Numbered from the stretch's first letter, positions 52,532-62,900 are shown. The stretch: 64,000 bases of DNA from an uncultured Chloroflexia bacterium (GCA_963751575.1 CAVVUX010000002.1:367984-431983); one strand, 5' to 3'. Numbers and translations are program-made. Notes: generated by a model not told the origin, from the letters alone.

Positions 52532-53572
52532 ATGCTGCAAAAATTTACTCGGCTGTTTTCCAGGGAAAAATTAGTGCGGAAATCTCTGGCACCGCTATTG
52601 GTTGGTCTTGAGCAAATTTTCTCCCGTTTCAAGAAGAACAGGTTGATAGTTTTATATGCTCATCTCTATCCTGACCATAATTCCAAGTTCGATCAAATCA
52701 ATATTGAAAACAATCTTAAATACTTGAAAGAACACTGCCAGGTGCTTCCGCTTCCTGAAGCTTTGGACCTGATTTCTGCTGAACAAAAATTGCCGGAACG
52801 GGCCATTGCAATTATTGTAGATGATGCCACTCGGTCGTTTTTTCAATTTGGGCGAAAATTACTCTCAGATGCGGGGCTACCTTACACGTTGGCAGTCATT
52901 CCAGGATTGATTAGAAGTCAAACAAACGAACATTTGCTGGCCAGGTTGATGAGAATTGCGGGGCACTCTTACTGGCTGTCAAACCAGGAAATGCTGGAAA
53001 GGGCATATGCCTGGTTTGGCTCTCCTGATAAACATGAGCCTGTGACTTTTGCTACCATATTTTCCAGGGCTTCGAAATTAAGTGAACCCCAATTGTTGCT
53101 TCTGCTAGATCATATTAGGGCCCTGGATCACGATTTTATGACCTGGGAGGAGCTTAAAGAAATAAAAGCTCAGGATCCAGTTGATTTTGCTAGCCATACA
53201 ATGTCTCATCCGCAGCTTCGATATGCTGCAGGTGAGTGGTTGGATTGGGAATTAAACAGATCGAAACAATTAATAGAAAAAAATTTAGGGGTGACTGTAA
53301 ATTCCCTGGTAGTGCCATACGGCCATCAATCTCATTTCACACCTGACCTCCACCTTGCTTTAGAACGATCAGGCTACCAATATAATTTTTTTACTGAGAA
53401 AGGCAGTATTGCCTCAGATACTTTCCCGTTTCAGCTTCCCCGTTTACCTTTGGAAGATGAGTATTGGCGATTACGAATCCATTCCTGCCCGAGCGTCTGC
53501 TCGGTCATTTATCCAGGCCTCCGGACTGAAATCAACCAGAAATTATCAAATCAAAAATATCTCTCGCTCTGA
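52532..53572 (+). CDS. polysaccharide deacetylase (CE4/NodB-homology) family protein
   Basis: AIAIIVDDATRSF is a DD-type motif 1, FASHTMSHPQL is an H..H-type motif 2, and LVVPYG is also present. The ORF is an intact 346 aa. Confidence 0.65.
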   Translation: MLQKFTRLFSREKLVRKSLAPLLVGLEQIFSRFKKNRLIVLYAHLYPDHNSKFDQINIENNLKYLKEHCQVLPLPEALDLISAEQKLPERAIAIIVDDATRSFFQFGRKLLSDAGLPYTLAVIPGLIRSQTNEHLLARLMRIAGHSYWLSNQEMLERAYAWFGSPDKHEPVTFATIFSRASKLSEPQLLLLLDHIRALDHDFMTWEELKEIKAQDPVDFASHTMSHPQLRYAAGEWLDWELNRSKQLIEKNLGVTVNSLVVPYGHQSHFTPDLHLALERSGYQYNFFTEKGSIASDTFPFQLPRLPLEDEYWRLRIHSCPSVCSVIYPGLRTEINQKLSNQKYLSL

Positions 53573-53732
53573 CTTGGCCCGGTTCGAATATGAGCTGTCC
53601 TAAATATTTACTTGCTTTCCCTGAATTTTTAAGAGATAATTAGGCCAGCCCGGATTTGAGATCAAACCGGGACTGAAAACCGAATAAGACAGCAGGTTCA
53701 TTTATTGGCCCCTACCAGTTAAGGAGGGTACC

Positions 53733-54611
53733 ATGTCACAATCTTCCCCAGATCAAAATAGAATTACGACTCACTCTTTTCGCTTAAAAAAACAGCGAGG
53801 AGAGCGTATCACCATGTTAACTGCCTATGATTATTTGACTTCCCGGGCAGTGGACCAGGCTGGTATTGATTCAATACTTGTAGGGGATTCTCTTGGTATG
53901 GTGATGCTGGGATATGAGAATACGCTACCTGTCACAATGGATGAAATGATCCATCACTGCAAAGCAGTCTCCCGGGGAGCAAACCGGGCTTTGAAAATTG
54001 GTGATATGCCGTTCCTTTCTTATCAAGTTAGCCCTGATGAAGCAGTCCGTAATGCGGGAAGATTTCTCCAGGAGGGCGGCATGGATGCTGTTAAGTTGGA
54101 AGGGGGAAGGGAAAGAAAAGAGGCGGTCGACGCGATTGTTGGATCAGGAATTCCGGTTCTTGGTCATTTGGGATTGACTCCGCAGAGCGTCCATCAACTG
54201 GGGGGATTTAAAACCCAAGCTAAAACTGCTGATGCAGCGGAAAATTTGCTCGAAGACGCCCTGACGCTGGAACAAGCCGGATGCTTTGGTATTGTACTGG
54301 AATCAGTTCCCGATCGCGTAGCAGCTTTCATTTCGGAAAAACTTAAAATTCCTACCATTGGTATTGGCGCAGGGGTTGGATGTGATGGCCAGGTCCTTGT
54401 CACTCATGACCTGCTGGGATTGTTCGATAAATTTACCCCAAAATTTGTGAAACAATATGCGGTCCTGCATCGGGAAGTCAGTCAGGCATTGCTGAACTAT
54501 CAAAATGATGTTGTAGCCGGAGATTTTCCGGGTCCAGAACATTCATTCACAATCCATGAAGATGAGTGGAAATTATTCCTGGACCAGGTAGGAGAACCAG
54601 CAGATGACTGA
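53733..54611 (+). CDS. panB: 3-methyl-2-oxobutanoate hydroxymethyltransferase
   Basis: ITMLTAYDY, ILVGDSLGMV, VKLEGG and IGIGAG are classical PanB blocks. Confidence 0.9.
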   Translation: MSQSSPDQNRITTHSFRLKKQRGERITMLTAYDYLTSRAVDQAGIDSILVGDSLGMVMLGYENTLPVTMDEMIHHCKAVSRGANRALKIGDMPFLSYQVSPDEAVRNAGRFLQEGGMDAVKLEGGRERKEAVDAIVGSGIPVLGHLGLTPQSVHQLGGFKTQAKTADAAENLLEDALTLEQAGCFGIVLESVPDRVAAFISEKLKIPTIGIGAGVGCDGQVLVTHDLLGLFDKFTPKFVKQYAVLHREVSQALLNYQNDVVAGDFPGPEHSFTIHEDEWKLFLDQVGEPADD

Positions 54612-55512
54612 GATATTAATTGTGGGAACTGGTGCAATGGCACTCTTATTTGGCAGCAGGTTAGCCCGGGCAGGGTACGAGGTGTGTTTTCTCGGTACCT
54701 GGGAGGATGGGATCAAAGCCATCAATGAGAAAGGAATCAGGGTTAATGGCCCGGATGGACAGCAGGTCATTTCAGCCCGTGCATTCAGCGATCCCGGGGA
54801 ACTTGATCAAGTAAAAACTGCCTTGATCCTTGTTAAATCATGGCAAACAAAGCGCGCAGCCATGCAATTATCCCAGGTTCTCAGCCCGGATGGTGTGGCT
54901 CTTTCCATGCAAAACGGATTGGGCAATATTGAAATATTGACAGAAATCCTTGGAGCAGAGCGTGTTGCCCAGGGAGTCACTACTTACGGAGCAACTCTGT
55001 TAGGACCCGGAGAGATACGCTTGGGGGGTGAGGGATTGATTTCTATTCAGGACCACAAAGGCTTGGTGGGTTTGTTCGATTACCTGAAGCATTCAGGTTT
55101 AGCAGTTCAAAATCTGCCAGAATTATCCAGTCTGATCTGGGGCAAGCTGGTGATCAATGTTGCCATAAACCCGCTGACTGCTTTGCTAGGTGTAAAAAAT
55201 GGATATTTATTAAAAAGCAAATCAGCCAGGCAAGTGATGGGACAGGCAGCTAACGAAGCAGCGGATGTCGCCCGGGCCTTGGGAATTATGCTGGGTTTCT
55301 CTGACCCACTCTTGGCTGTAGGAGCAGTTGCAGAAGCTACTGCAGAAAACGAATCTTCCATGCTGCAGGATATAAATCGGGGTGCACCAACGGAAATCGA
55401 TATGCTGTGCGGTGCTGTCACCAGAGTGGGTCAGGAGTGCCAGGTAGAGACTCCCACTAATCAATTGCTTTGGAATCTGGTCAAAGCCCGGGTGGAAATT
55501 GCCAATGACTGA
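54604..55512 (+). CDS. panE: 2-dehydropantoate 2-reductase
   Basis: ILIVGTGAMALLFGSRLA is the Rossmann motif, with KSWQT and a SMLQDINRGAPTEID block typical of ApbA/PanE. Confidence 0.85.
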   Translation: MTEILIVGTGAMALLFGSRLARAGYEVCFLGTWEDGIKAINEKGIRVNGPDGQQVISARAFSDPGELDQVKTALILVKSWQTKRAAMQLSQVLSPDGVALSMQNGLGNIEILTEILGAERVAQGVTTYGATLLGPGEIRLGGEGLISIQDHKGLVGLFDYLKHSGLAVQNLPELSSLIWGKLVINVAINPLTALLGVKNGYLLKSKSARQVMGQAANEAADVARALGIMLGFSDPLLAVGAVAEATAENESSMLQDINRGAPTEIDMLCGAVTRVGQECQVETPTNQLLWNLVKARVEIAND

Positions 55513-56359
55513 GTCAATCAAAATTGTGACGACATTTCCTGAATTACATCAGGCTCTTGCAGATCTCAATCGACCTGTTGGATTTGTACCAACCATGGGA
55601 TATTTACATGCGGGACATCTCTCCCTGGTTCGCAGGGCGAAAGAACTTGATCAATCAACTGTTGTCAGTATTTTTACCAATCCAACCCAGTTCGGACCTG
55701 GTGAGGATCTTGAGAATTATCCTGTAAACTTGGAACGTGATTTGAAATTTCTTACTGAAGAAGGCACAGATCTGGTCTGGCTGCCAACAGCGACTGATAT
55801 GTATCCGGATCAATTTCAAACCTGGGTTGATGTTGGTCAGTTAACAGTGTTGCTTGAAGGTCAGTACCGGCCTACCCATTTTCGTGGCGTTACAACTGTG
55901 GTGGCAAAACTATTCAATGCTGTTAATCCGGATCGGGCATATTTCGGACAGAAAGATGCCCAGCAGGTCGCTGTTATCAAGCAAATGGTCAGGGATTTGA
56001 ATTATCCAATAGAGATCGTTGTCTGTCCGACAATTCGGGAAGAGGATGGGTTGGCTATGTCCAGCCGCAACAGCTATCTCTCCAAGCCGGAAAGGAAGGC
56101 AGCCGTTTGTCTCTCACGGGGCTTGCTAGCAGCCCGGAATGCTTATGAAAATGGTGAAAGAAGAGCTGACAATCTGCGAAACCAGGTCCGTTTTGAAATT
56201 GAAAAAGAAGATCTTGCCACGATCCAGTATATCTCTTGTTCTCTACCGCTCACGCTTGAAGAGCTTGATGATGATGTTACAGGCTGCTTGATATCAATGG
56301 CGGTTTATATAGGAAAAACGCGGTTGATCGATAATATCGTACTGCCTGTGCCTGAGTGA
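55505..56359 (+). CDS. panC: pantoate--beta-alanine ligase
   Basis: GFVPTMGYLHAGHLSLV, IFTNPTQFG, FRGVTTVVAKLFN and YFGQKDAQQ. The start overlaps the panE stop. Confidence 0.9.
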   Translation: MTESIKIVTTFPELHQALADLNRPVGFVPTMGYLHAGHLSLVRRAKELDQSTVVSIFTNPTQFGPGEDLENYPVNLERDLKFLTEEGTDLVWLPTATDMYPDQFQTWVDVGQLTVLLEGQYRPTHFRGVTTVVAKLFNAVNPDRAYFGQKDAQQVAVIKQMVRDLNYPIEIVVCPTIREEDGLAMSSRNSYLSKPERKAAVCLSRGLLAARNAYENGERRADNLRNQVRFEIEKEDLATIQYISCSLPLTLEELDDDVTGCLISMAVYIGKTRLIDNIVLPVPE

Positions 56360-56407
56360 TGATTATCGAATCAGACAATTATTGAAAAGGAATCAGCGAG
56401 GAAAGTT

Positions 56408-56767
56408 ATGTACAGGAAGATGTTGAAATCAAAGATCCATCGGGCCGTTGTTACCGGGTCCTCCTTGAATTATATTGGCAGTATCACGATTGATAAGGAT
56501 TTATTGGATCAAGCCGGAATTAAGGAATACGAATTGGTCCAGGTTGTGAACATCAACAATGGTGCCAGGCTTGAAACATACGCTGTAAAGGGAGCTGAAG
56601 GATCAGGTGTGATCGAGATGAATGGCGCAGCAAGCCGAATGGCCGAGATTGGAGACAGGATAATTATCATGACTTATGCATATGTTGAAGAGCCTTTACC
56701 AGATCAATGGCAGCCATGCATTCTGCTGGTTAATGATCAGAATCAGGTGGAGAAAATCCTATGTTAA
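56408..56767 (+). CDS. panD: aspartate 1-decarboxylase
   Basis: MLKSKIHRAVVTGSSLNYIGSITID contains the Gly-Ser self-processing site context; 119 aa. Confidence 0.9.
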   Translation: MYRKMLKSKIHRAVVTGSSLNYIGSITIDKDLLDQAGIKEYELVQVVNINNGARLETYAVKGAEGSGVIEMNGAASRMAEIGDRIIIMTYAYVEEPLPDQWQPCILLVNDQNQVEKILC

Positions 56768-57537
56768 TGACAATTGATATTGGCAATACAAATATCACCC
56801 TGGGTGTTTACAGGGATGATAAACTCGGACCAAGCTGGCGAGTCTCAACTGATCACCATCGTATGCCAGATGAATATGGGTTGCAGATCGACGGTTTGTT
56901 GCGCCATGAAGGCCTCTCACCAAAGGATATTAGTGGGATTTGTCTGGCATCGGTTGTCCCACCACTGACCGGGGCTTTTACGCAGGCGTGCCGGGAATAT
57001 CTTGGACAGGACCCCCTGGTCGTTGACGCAGGAGTGAAAACAGGTGTGAAAATATTATATGAGACTCCCCGGTCGGTAGGTGCGGACCGGATCGTAGATG
57101 CCGCAGCGGTCCAGAAACTATATGGCGGTCCTGCCTGTGTGGTGGATTTTGGTACAGGAACGACATTTGATGCGATCTCTGGGGAAGGGGATTATCTGGG
57201 AGGTGCAATAGCCCCCGGAATTGGTATTGCTGCCGAAGCATTATTTCAGCGGGCTGCCAAATTGCCCCGGGTTGAGTTGACCACGCCACCTTCAGTTATA
57301 GGCCGGAATACACCGGAATCCATGCAGTCAGGATTGATCTATGGTTATGTTGGTTTGGTTGAAGGCATGGTAGCCCGTTTTCGAAATGAATTGGGTCCGG
57401 ATATGAAAGTGATCGCTACAGGTGGATTAACTGACATTATTGCCCGTGAAACAGATGTGATCGATATCGTGGCTCCCTGGTTAACTTTAGATGGATTAAA
57501 GATCATCTGGGAGATGAACCATTCAGCTGTGGATTAG
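56761..57537 (+). CDS. coaX: type III pantothenate kinase
   Basis: TIDIGNTNITLG, VDFGTGTTFD and GGAIAPG are CoaX/ASKHA signatures. Confidence 0.85.
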   Translation: MLMTIDIGNTNITLGVYRDDKLGPSWRVSTDHHRMPDEYGLQIDGLLRHEGLSPKDISGICLASVVPPLTGAFTQACREYLGQDPLVVDAGVKTGVKILYETPRSVGADRIVDAAAVQKLYGGPACVVDFGTGTTFDAISGEGDYLGGAIAPGIGIAAEALFQRAAKLPRVELTTPPSVIGRNTPESMQSGLIYGYVGLVEGMVARFRNELGPDMKVIATGGLTDIIARETDVIDIVAPWLTLDGLKIIWEMNHSAVD

Positions 57538-57574
57538 AACCTGATGAATATAGATAAAGAGTAAAGGATTTAAA

Positions 57575-58789
57575 ATGAGTGTATTGGAAGGAAAACGTAT
57601 CGTATTGGGAGTCACAGGATCAATAGCAGCCTATAAATCTGTCGACCTGGCATCTCAATTAACCAAGGCAGGCGCTATGGTGGATGTGATCCTGACCGAG
57701 TCTGCTGCAAAATTAATTGCTCCAATCACTTTTTCTTCAGTTACCGGCAGAAGAGCATACCAGGATAGTGACCTCTGGCAGGTCGATGATCATGTTCTGC
57801 ATATAGATCTGGGAGAACATAACCAGGTATTTCTGATCGCACCTGCCACAGCCAATACCATTGCAAAATTAGCCCACGGAATTGCAGATAATATGGTAAC
57901 CGTAACTGCCCTGGCATCTCGCACTAATATCATTGTTGCTCCAGCCATGGATGGAGGTATGTATTCAAACCCTGCTACTCAAGAAAATCTTGCCATATTA
58001 AAAAAGCGGGGAGTTGAGATCTGGGGACCAGCGGCCGGCCACCTGGCATCAGGGCTAGCAGGAAAGGGCAGAATGCTGGAACCAAGTCAACTGCTCGGTC
58101 ATCTCCGCCACAGGCTGGGAAGAGAGGGAACATTGGCTGGGAAAAAGGTAGTGATAACAGCTGGGGGGACTCGCGAGCCCATTGACCCTGTCAGGGTCAT
58201 TTCAAATCGATCCTCCGGAAAACAGGGTTATGCTTTAGCTCAGGCGGCTATAGATCAGGGAGCAGCTGTTGTCCTGATCTCAGGACCAAGCTGTTTGAAT
58301 CCTCCTCATGGGGTGGAGGTGATCATGATCCAGACTGCAGAGCAATTGTCTAAAGCTACCTTGAGGGAAACAGAAGAAGCTGACCTGCTGATCATGGCTG
58401 CGGCAGTAGCGGATTATAAACCTGCTAAAGTTTCGCCTCAAAAGATGAAAAAAAATCGGGGAGGATTATCTGATCTAAAACTTGAGAACACGCCAGATAT
58501 CCTGAATGAAGTCGCCGAACGAAAAAAGAAATCTGGCCTTGGACCAGGTGTGACAGTAGGTTTTGCAGCTGAAACTGAGAACCTGTTGGAAAATGCTCGG
58601 GAAAAACTGGTAGGAAAAGACCTGGACCTGATTGCCGCCAATGATATCAGCCGGGCAGATTCAGGAATTGGAGCAGATCAGAACGAGGCAACTTTGATCT
58701 GGAAAGATGGCAGAACGCGGGAAATTCCGTTGATGGATAAAGAACTGCTCGCAGAAATTTTGATCGAGGAATGTGCCAGATTGATGTAA
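57575..58789 (+). CDS. coaBC: bifunctional phosphopantothenoylcysteine decarboxylase / phosphopantothenate--cysteine ligase
   Basis: GVTGSIAAYKS and PATANTIAKLAHGIADN belong to the flavoprotein CoaC half. ITAGGTREPIDPVRVISNRSSGKQG and AAAVADY belong to the CoaB half. Confidence 0.9.
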   Translation: MSVLEGKRIVLGVTGSIAAYKSVDLASQLTKAGAMVDVILTESAAKLIAPITFSSVTGRRAYQDSDLWQVDDHVLHIDLGEHNQVFLIAPATANTIAKLAHGIADNMVTVTALASRTNIIVAPAMDGGMYSNPATQENLAILKKRGVEIWGPAAGHLASGLAGKGRMLEPSQLLGHLRHRLGREGTLAGKKVVITAGGTREPIDPVRVISNRSSGKQGYALAQAAIDQGAAVVLISGPSCLNPPHGVEVIMIQTAEQLSKATLRETEEADLLIMAAAVADYKPAKVSPQKMKKNRGGLSDLKLENTPDILNEVAERKKKSGLGPGVTVGFAAETENLLENAREKLVGKDLDLIAANDISRADSGIGADQNEATLIWKDGRTREIPLMDKELLAEILIEECARLM

Positions 58790-58855
58790 AATCCTATTAA
58801 GTTTGTGTACAGATGTTAGCCTATCCTTGGGGGAATAATAGCGAGGAATAGATAT

Positions 58856-59899
58856 ATGAGCAATTATAAGAAGTTAGCTGAAAAACTTGACCAGACCCCC
58901 AATCGTTTCACTGCTACACAAAGTGGAATTGAAATCCGTTTGCTTGAAAAAATCTTTTCAGCAGAGGAAGCTGTTATAGCAGCGGAAATGAATTTCAAAA
59001 AAGAACCAGCTTCTTTGATCGCTTCCCGGGTGGGTTTACCAGAAAAAGATGTCAATCAGATCCTTAAGGCAATGGTCAGGAAAAAAATGATCTTGTTTTC
59101 AAAAGGTGAATCTGGACTTGTCTTTGGATTGATGCCTTTTGTAGTTGGTTTTTATGAGGAGCTGCTGCCCCGCTTAACCAGGGAAATCGCGGAACTATTC
59201 GAGCAGTATTTCCAGGAAACTAATGGCAGGATTACTGGAACAGGTCTCTCCGTTCACAGAGTTGTTCCGGTCCAGGAAGCAATAGATTTCGAATTGGAAG
59301 TATTTCCATTTGAAAAAGCATCGGATTTGCTGGAAAACGCCAAATCTTGGGGCGTGAGAGATTGTATCTGCCGGGTTCAGAAGGAACTGATCGGCGAGCC
59401 CTGTGACCATCCCAAGGAGAATTGCCTTGTTTTTGCGCCGATTGAAGGGGCTTTTGATAACAGCGAAGTTGATCGGGCGATCGATAAACAGGAAGCGCTG
59501 AAAATCCTCCATGAAGCGGAAGATGCCGGGCTGGTGCATACCACCGGAAATTATCAGGATCCAATTTACTATATTTGCAACTGCTGCACTTGCAGCTGTG
59601 GAATACTCAGGAGCGTGGCTGAATTCAATAACCTGACTGGAATTGCCAAATCGGATTTCCTGGCTGTTGTCGATGAAGATCTGTGTATTGCCTGTGGAGA
59701 TTGCCTTGAGCGCTGCCAGTTCAATGCCCTGAACGTCGATGCAATGTGCGAGGTGGATTCTGCTTTTTGTGTGGGTTGTGGATTGTGTGTCCCGATCTGT
59801 CCCGAAGATGCCCTGGTATTGATCCGCCGCCAACAGGGAGAAGTACCTTTACCTCCGGAAAACCTTAAAACCTGGGGCAAGTACCGCACAGAGGTTTAA
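58856..59899 (+). CDS. 4Fe-4S dicluster-domain protein with additional Cys-rich motif
   Basis: Two ferredoxin-type motifs, CIACGDCLERC and CVGCGLCVPICP, plus CICRV...C and YYICNCCTCSCG. The N-terminal ~80 aa are helical and wHTH-like. Confidence 0.6.
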   Translation: MSNYKKLAEKLDQTPNRFTATQSGIEIRLLEKIFSAEEAVIAAEMNFKKEPASLIASRVGLPEKDVNQILKAMVRKKMILFSKGESGLVFGLMPFVVGFYEELLPRLTREIAELFEQYFQETNGRITGTGLSVHRVVPVQEAIDFELEVFPFEKASDLLENAKSWGVRDCICRVQKELIGEPCDHPKENCLVFAPIEGAFDNSEVDRAIDKQEALKILHEAEDAGLVHTTGNYQDPIYYICNCCTCSCGILRSVAEFNNLTGIAKSDFLAVVDEDLCIACGDCLERCQFNALNVDAMCEVDSAFCVGCGLCVPICPEDALVLIRRQQGEVPLPPENLKTWGKYRTEV

Positions 59900-60125
59900 C
59901 AAAGCTAAAATTTTCTTATTCCTAGCAAGCTAAATAAAATCCCGGGAGTTGCATAATGTGATTCCCTGGACTGGTTTTGTGGTTTTATCTCCCAAGTTGA
60001 TTTCCTGATCTAGGGCAGGATTGTCCTGGATGATAACTATTCAGCATCTCAAGTTTACTGGGATCGACTCCGATGGTAGAATTAGCGAGGTTTTAATTAA
60101 AAGTGATAAGGAGTTTTTACTGGCT

Positions 60126-62276
60126 ATGATGAATTTCAGAGAGTCTATTCCTAATAATTTTCGTTTGCCAAACCGGATCAACCGTTTGGGCGAGCTTGCC
60201 TATAACCTGTGGTGGACCTGGAACGTAGATGTCCAGCGCTTGTATCAGCAGATCGACAGCGATCTCTGGGAACAGACTTCTCATAATCCGATAAAATTTT
60301 TACGCGCGGTTGAGCGGGCTAAATTGAATGCTGTCACGCACGATAGTTTCTATCTGGATATTTATGACTCTTCGCTCTTAGCATTCGATGCGTATTTAGA
60401 ACGGGACGACACCTGGTATCAGATAAATCATGGTCATATCACCAAAGAAATCATCGCTTACTTCTCATCGGAATACGGATTACATGAAACCCTGCCTATC
60501 TATGCCGGAGGTTTAGGTGTTTTATCCGGTGACCATTTGAAAGAATCCAGCGATCTGGGACTCCCGCTGGTTGCGATGGGTTTTCTTTATACGAACGGTT
60601 ATTTTACCCAGCGCATCAGTGAAGATGGATGGCAGGAAGCACATTACGCAAGTCTGGATTTCGATGAATTACCTATTGTTTCTTTGATCGATGAAAATGA
60701 TAAACCACTCGTGGTTTCTGTGGAGCTGGCTGGCAGAATTGTGCTGGTGAGAATCTGGAAAATCCAGGTTGGCCGGATTCCCCTTTATTTGCTTGATACC
60801 AATGTGGATGGTAATTCCATTCAAGACCGGCAGCTGACATCCCGGCTTTACAGCAGCGACCTGGATATGAGAATATCCCAGGAAATCATCCTTGGTATTG
60901 GTGGTGTCAGAGCTCTGAGGCAATTGGGTCATTCGCCGGCTGTCTGGCATATGAATGAAGGGCACTCCGCATTTTTAGCATTGGAACGCATCCGGGAGTT
61001 AATCGAGAAAGGATCGACCCTGGATGAAGCAGTAGATTATGTAAAGAATAAAACAGTCTTCACAACTCATACTCCAGTTCCAGCTGGGAATGATGAGTTT
61101 CCTGATTGGCTGATTGATAAGTATTTTGGGGGTTTAAAACAGCAATTGGGTTTATCCCGCGATGAATTTTTTGATCTCGCCCGGCATAAAGTTTCCTGGG
61201 GTGAAACTTTTAGTATGCCGGTCTTAGCAATGCGCATGTCTAGTTTGAGAAATGGTGTATCTCAACTTCATGGGGAAGTTGCCAGGGAGATGTGGAGTCA
61301 TCTCTGGCCGGAAAGAAAACCAGAGGATACTCCTATTAGCCACATAACAAATGGTATTCACACTGGAACCTGGCTGGCCAGGCGCTTGAGCCTTCTCTAT
61401 GATAAGTATCTGGGATCAGACTGGCTTGAGAATATTGATGATCCAGAAATATGGTCAGCTATCAATAAGATCCCGGATGATGAGATCTGGTCTGTCCGCC
61501 GTCACTTAAAAAGAAAACTAGTTTTTTATATGAGGGAAAGAGTTCGATCCCAATGGCAAAATGATAATCTTCATCCTGTCCAGGTGATAGCTTCAGGGTC
61601 TTTACTAAACCCATACGCCCTAACGATTGGTTTTGCCAGACGTTTTGCCACATACAAAAGAGCGGATCTGGTACTAAGTGATTTCGAGCGGTTGTTAAAA
61701 ATCATCAATAAACCCAATATGCCTGTCCAGATCATCTTTGCTGGCAAAGCACATCCAGCTGATGAGCCTGGAAAACTGCTGATCCAGAGCGTTTACAGAA
61801 AAGTTAAACTTGCTGAAAGTGGAGGCAGGTTGGTTTTCCTGGATGATTACGATATGAATCTTGCCCGCTATCTAATTCAGGGTGTTGATGTCTGGTTGAA
61901 CACTCCCAGGCGTCCAAATGAAGCTTCTGGAACATCTGGACAAAAAGCAGCCCTTAATGGAGTCCTGAATTTTTCGATCCTTGATGGCTGGTGGAGGGAG
62001 GGTTATAACGGAAAGAATGGCTGGGCAATTGGAAGTGATGACAGCCATCCGGACTATAAATTCCAAGATAATTTGGATGCTGCAAGTCTGTACGATACAC
62101 TTGAAAATGAGATCATCCCACTGTTTTATGATCGAGAAGCAAATAATATGCCAGTTGAATGGATTGCTAGAATGAAAGAATCTATCCGCACCTTAGCTCC
62201 TGATTTCAGCATGCGGCGGATGGTAAAATCCTACGCGAAAGATATGTATTTTGAATTAATGGATTTAGAAAAATAA
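60126..62276 (+). CDS. glgP: alpha-glucan phosphorylase (GT35; maltodextrin/glycogen phosphorylase type with DUF3417-like N-terminus)
   Basis: LGELAYNLWWTWN is the N-terminal block, with GGLGVLSGDHLKESSDLGLPLV and TTHTPVPAGND also present. EASGTSGQKAALNGVLN is the PLP-lysine block. The ORF is open from 60021, so the start is uncertain (ATG 60030 or 60126). Confidence 0.85.
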   Translation: MMNFRESIPNNFRLPNRINRLGELAYNLWWTWNVDVQRLYQQIDSDLWEQTSHNPIKFLRAVERAKLNAVTHDSFYLDIYDSSLLAFDAYLERDDTWYQINHGHITKEIIAYFSSEYGLHETLPIYAGGLGVLSGDHLKESSDLGLPLVAMGFLYTNGYFTQRISEDGWQEAHYASLDFDELPIVSLIDENDKPLVVSVELAGRIVLVRIWKIQVGRIPLYLLDTNVDGNSIQDRQLTSRLYSSDLDMRISQEIILGIGGVRALRQLGHSPAVWHMNEGHSAFLALERIRELIEKGSTLDEAVDYVKNKTVFTTHTPVPAGNDEFPDWLIDKYFGGLKQQLGLSRDEFFDLARHKVSWGETFSMPVLAMRMSSLRNGVSQLHGEVAREMWSHLWPERKPEDTPISHITNGIHTGTWLARRLSLLYDKYLGSDWLENIDDPEIWSAINKIPDDEIWSVRRHLKRKLVFYMRERVRSQWQNDNLHPVQVIASGSLLNPYALTIGFARRFATYKRADLVLSDFERLLKIINKPNMPVQIIFAGKAHPADEPGKLLIQSVYRKVKLAESGGRLVFLDDYDMNLARYLIQGVDVWLNTPRRPNEASGTSGQKAALNGVLNFSILDGWWREGYNGKNGWAIGSDDSHPDYKFQDNLDAASLYDTLENEIIPLFYDREANNMPVEWIARMKESIRTLAPDFSMRRMVKSYAKDMYFELMDLEK

Positions 62277-62324
62277 CATGTTCACACATCGAGCTTGGAT
62301 CACATCCCGGAGGAAAACCTGAAA

Positions 62325-62858
62325 ATGCTCACATTTCAGCTCACACAGCAAGGCATTCTGATTGCATTATCGATTTTTGTAGTACGTGTTATAGCCACCA
62401 GCCTTGACACGATCCGGGTAATCCTGACAATGAGAAGCAGAAAGGGTTGGGTCTGGATCCTGGGCTTTTTAAACTCGATGATCTGGGTAATGACGTTTGC
62501 TTTTGTCCTGTCAGATATCGATAATTTTGTAAATGTGATCTTTTATGCTGCTGGTTTCGCCACCGGCAATGTTATGGGAATGTGGTTAGAAGACAAATTG
62601 GCAGTTGGTTTTTCGGAAGTCAGGGTGATCAGTTCCAAATGGGGAGCAGCCATTCTGGAAGAACTTAGATCAAATAGGTTTGCAGTCACCGAGATCCCGG
62701 GCAGGGGAAAAGATGGTACAGTGTCTGTCATCACTACCAGTGTCAGGAGAAACCAGGTTCATGATGTTGAAAAACATGTCCGCGAAATCGATCCAGAAGC
62801 TTTCATCACGACAGAGGATGTGATTGCGGTCAGAAGTGGTTTTTGGAGAGCGAAATAA
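62325..62858 (+). CDS. UPF0316/DUF2179-family membrane protein
   Basis: Three N-terminal TM helices precede a soluble C-terminal domain (ITEIPGRGKDGTVSVITTSVRRNQ..FITTEDV), as in YebE/UPF0316 proteins. ATG 62325 is the likely start. Confidence 0.55.
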   Translation: MLTFQLTQQGILIALSIFVVRVIATSLDTIRVILTMRSRKGWVWILGFLNSMIWVMTFAFVLSDIDNFVNVIFYAAGFATGNVMGMWLEDKLAVGFSEVRVISSKWGAAILEELRSNRFAVTEIPGRGKDGTVSVITTSVRRNQVHDVEKHVREIDPEAFITTEDVIAVRSGFWRAK

Positions 62859-62870
62859 TTCAACCTGTTG

Positions 62871-62900
62871 AAAAAAACCGGGAGCTTCCCGGTTTTTTTT
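62871..62900. terminator. bidirectional rho-independent terminator
   Basis: The A7 run (62871-62877), stem CCGGGA (62878-62883) pairing with TCCCGG (62887-62892) and the T8 run (62893-62900) lie between convergent genes ending at 62858 (+) and 62904 (-). Confidence 0.75.

Noticed and set aside
53645-53672. Hairpin CCCGGATTT-GAGATC-AAACCGGG downstream of the deacetylase gene, considered as a terminator
   Set aside because: The stem is only ~8 bp, has no trailing T-run, and lies 70+ nt from the stop codon. The evidence is weak.
59195-59833. 212-aa ORF, with neighbours 59232-59564 and 59569-59889, antisense to the Fe-S protein gene
   Set aside because: These are shadow ORFs of a gene with clear ferredoxin motifs, and they have no motifs of their own.
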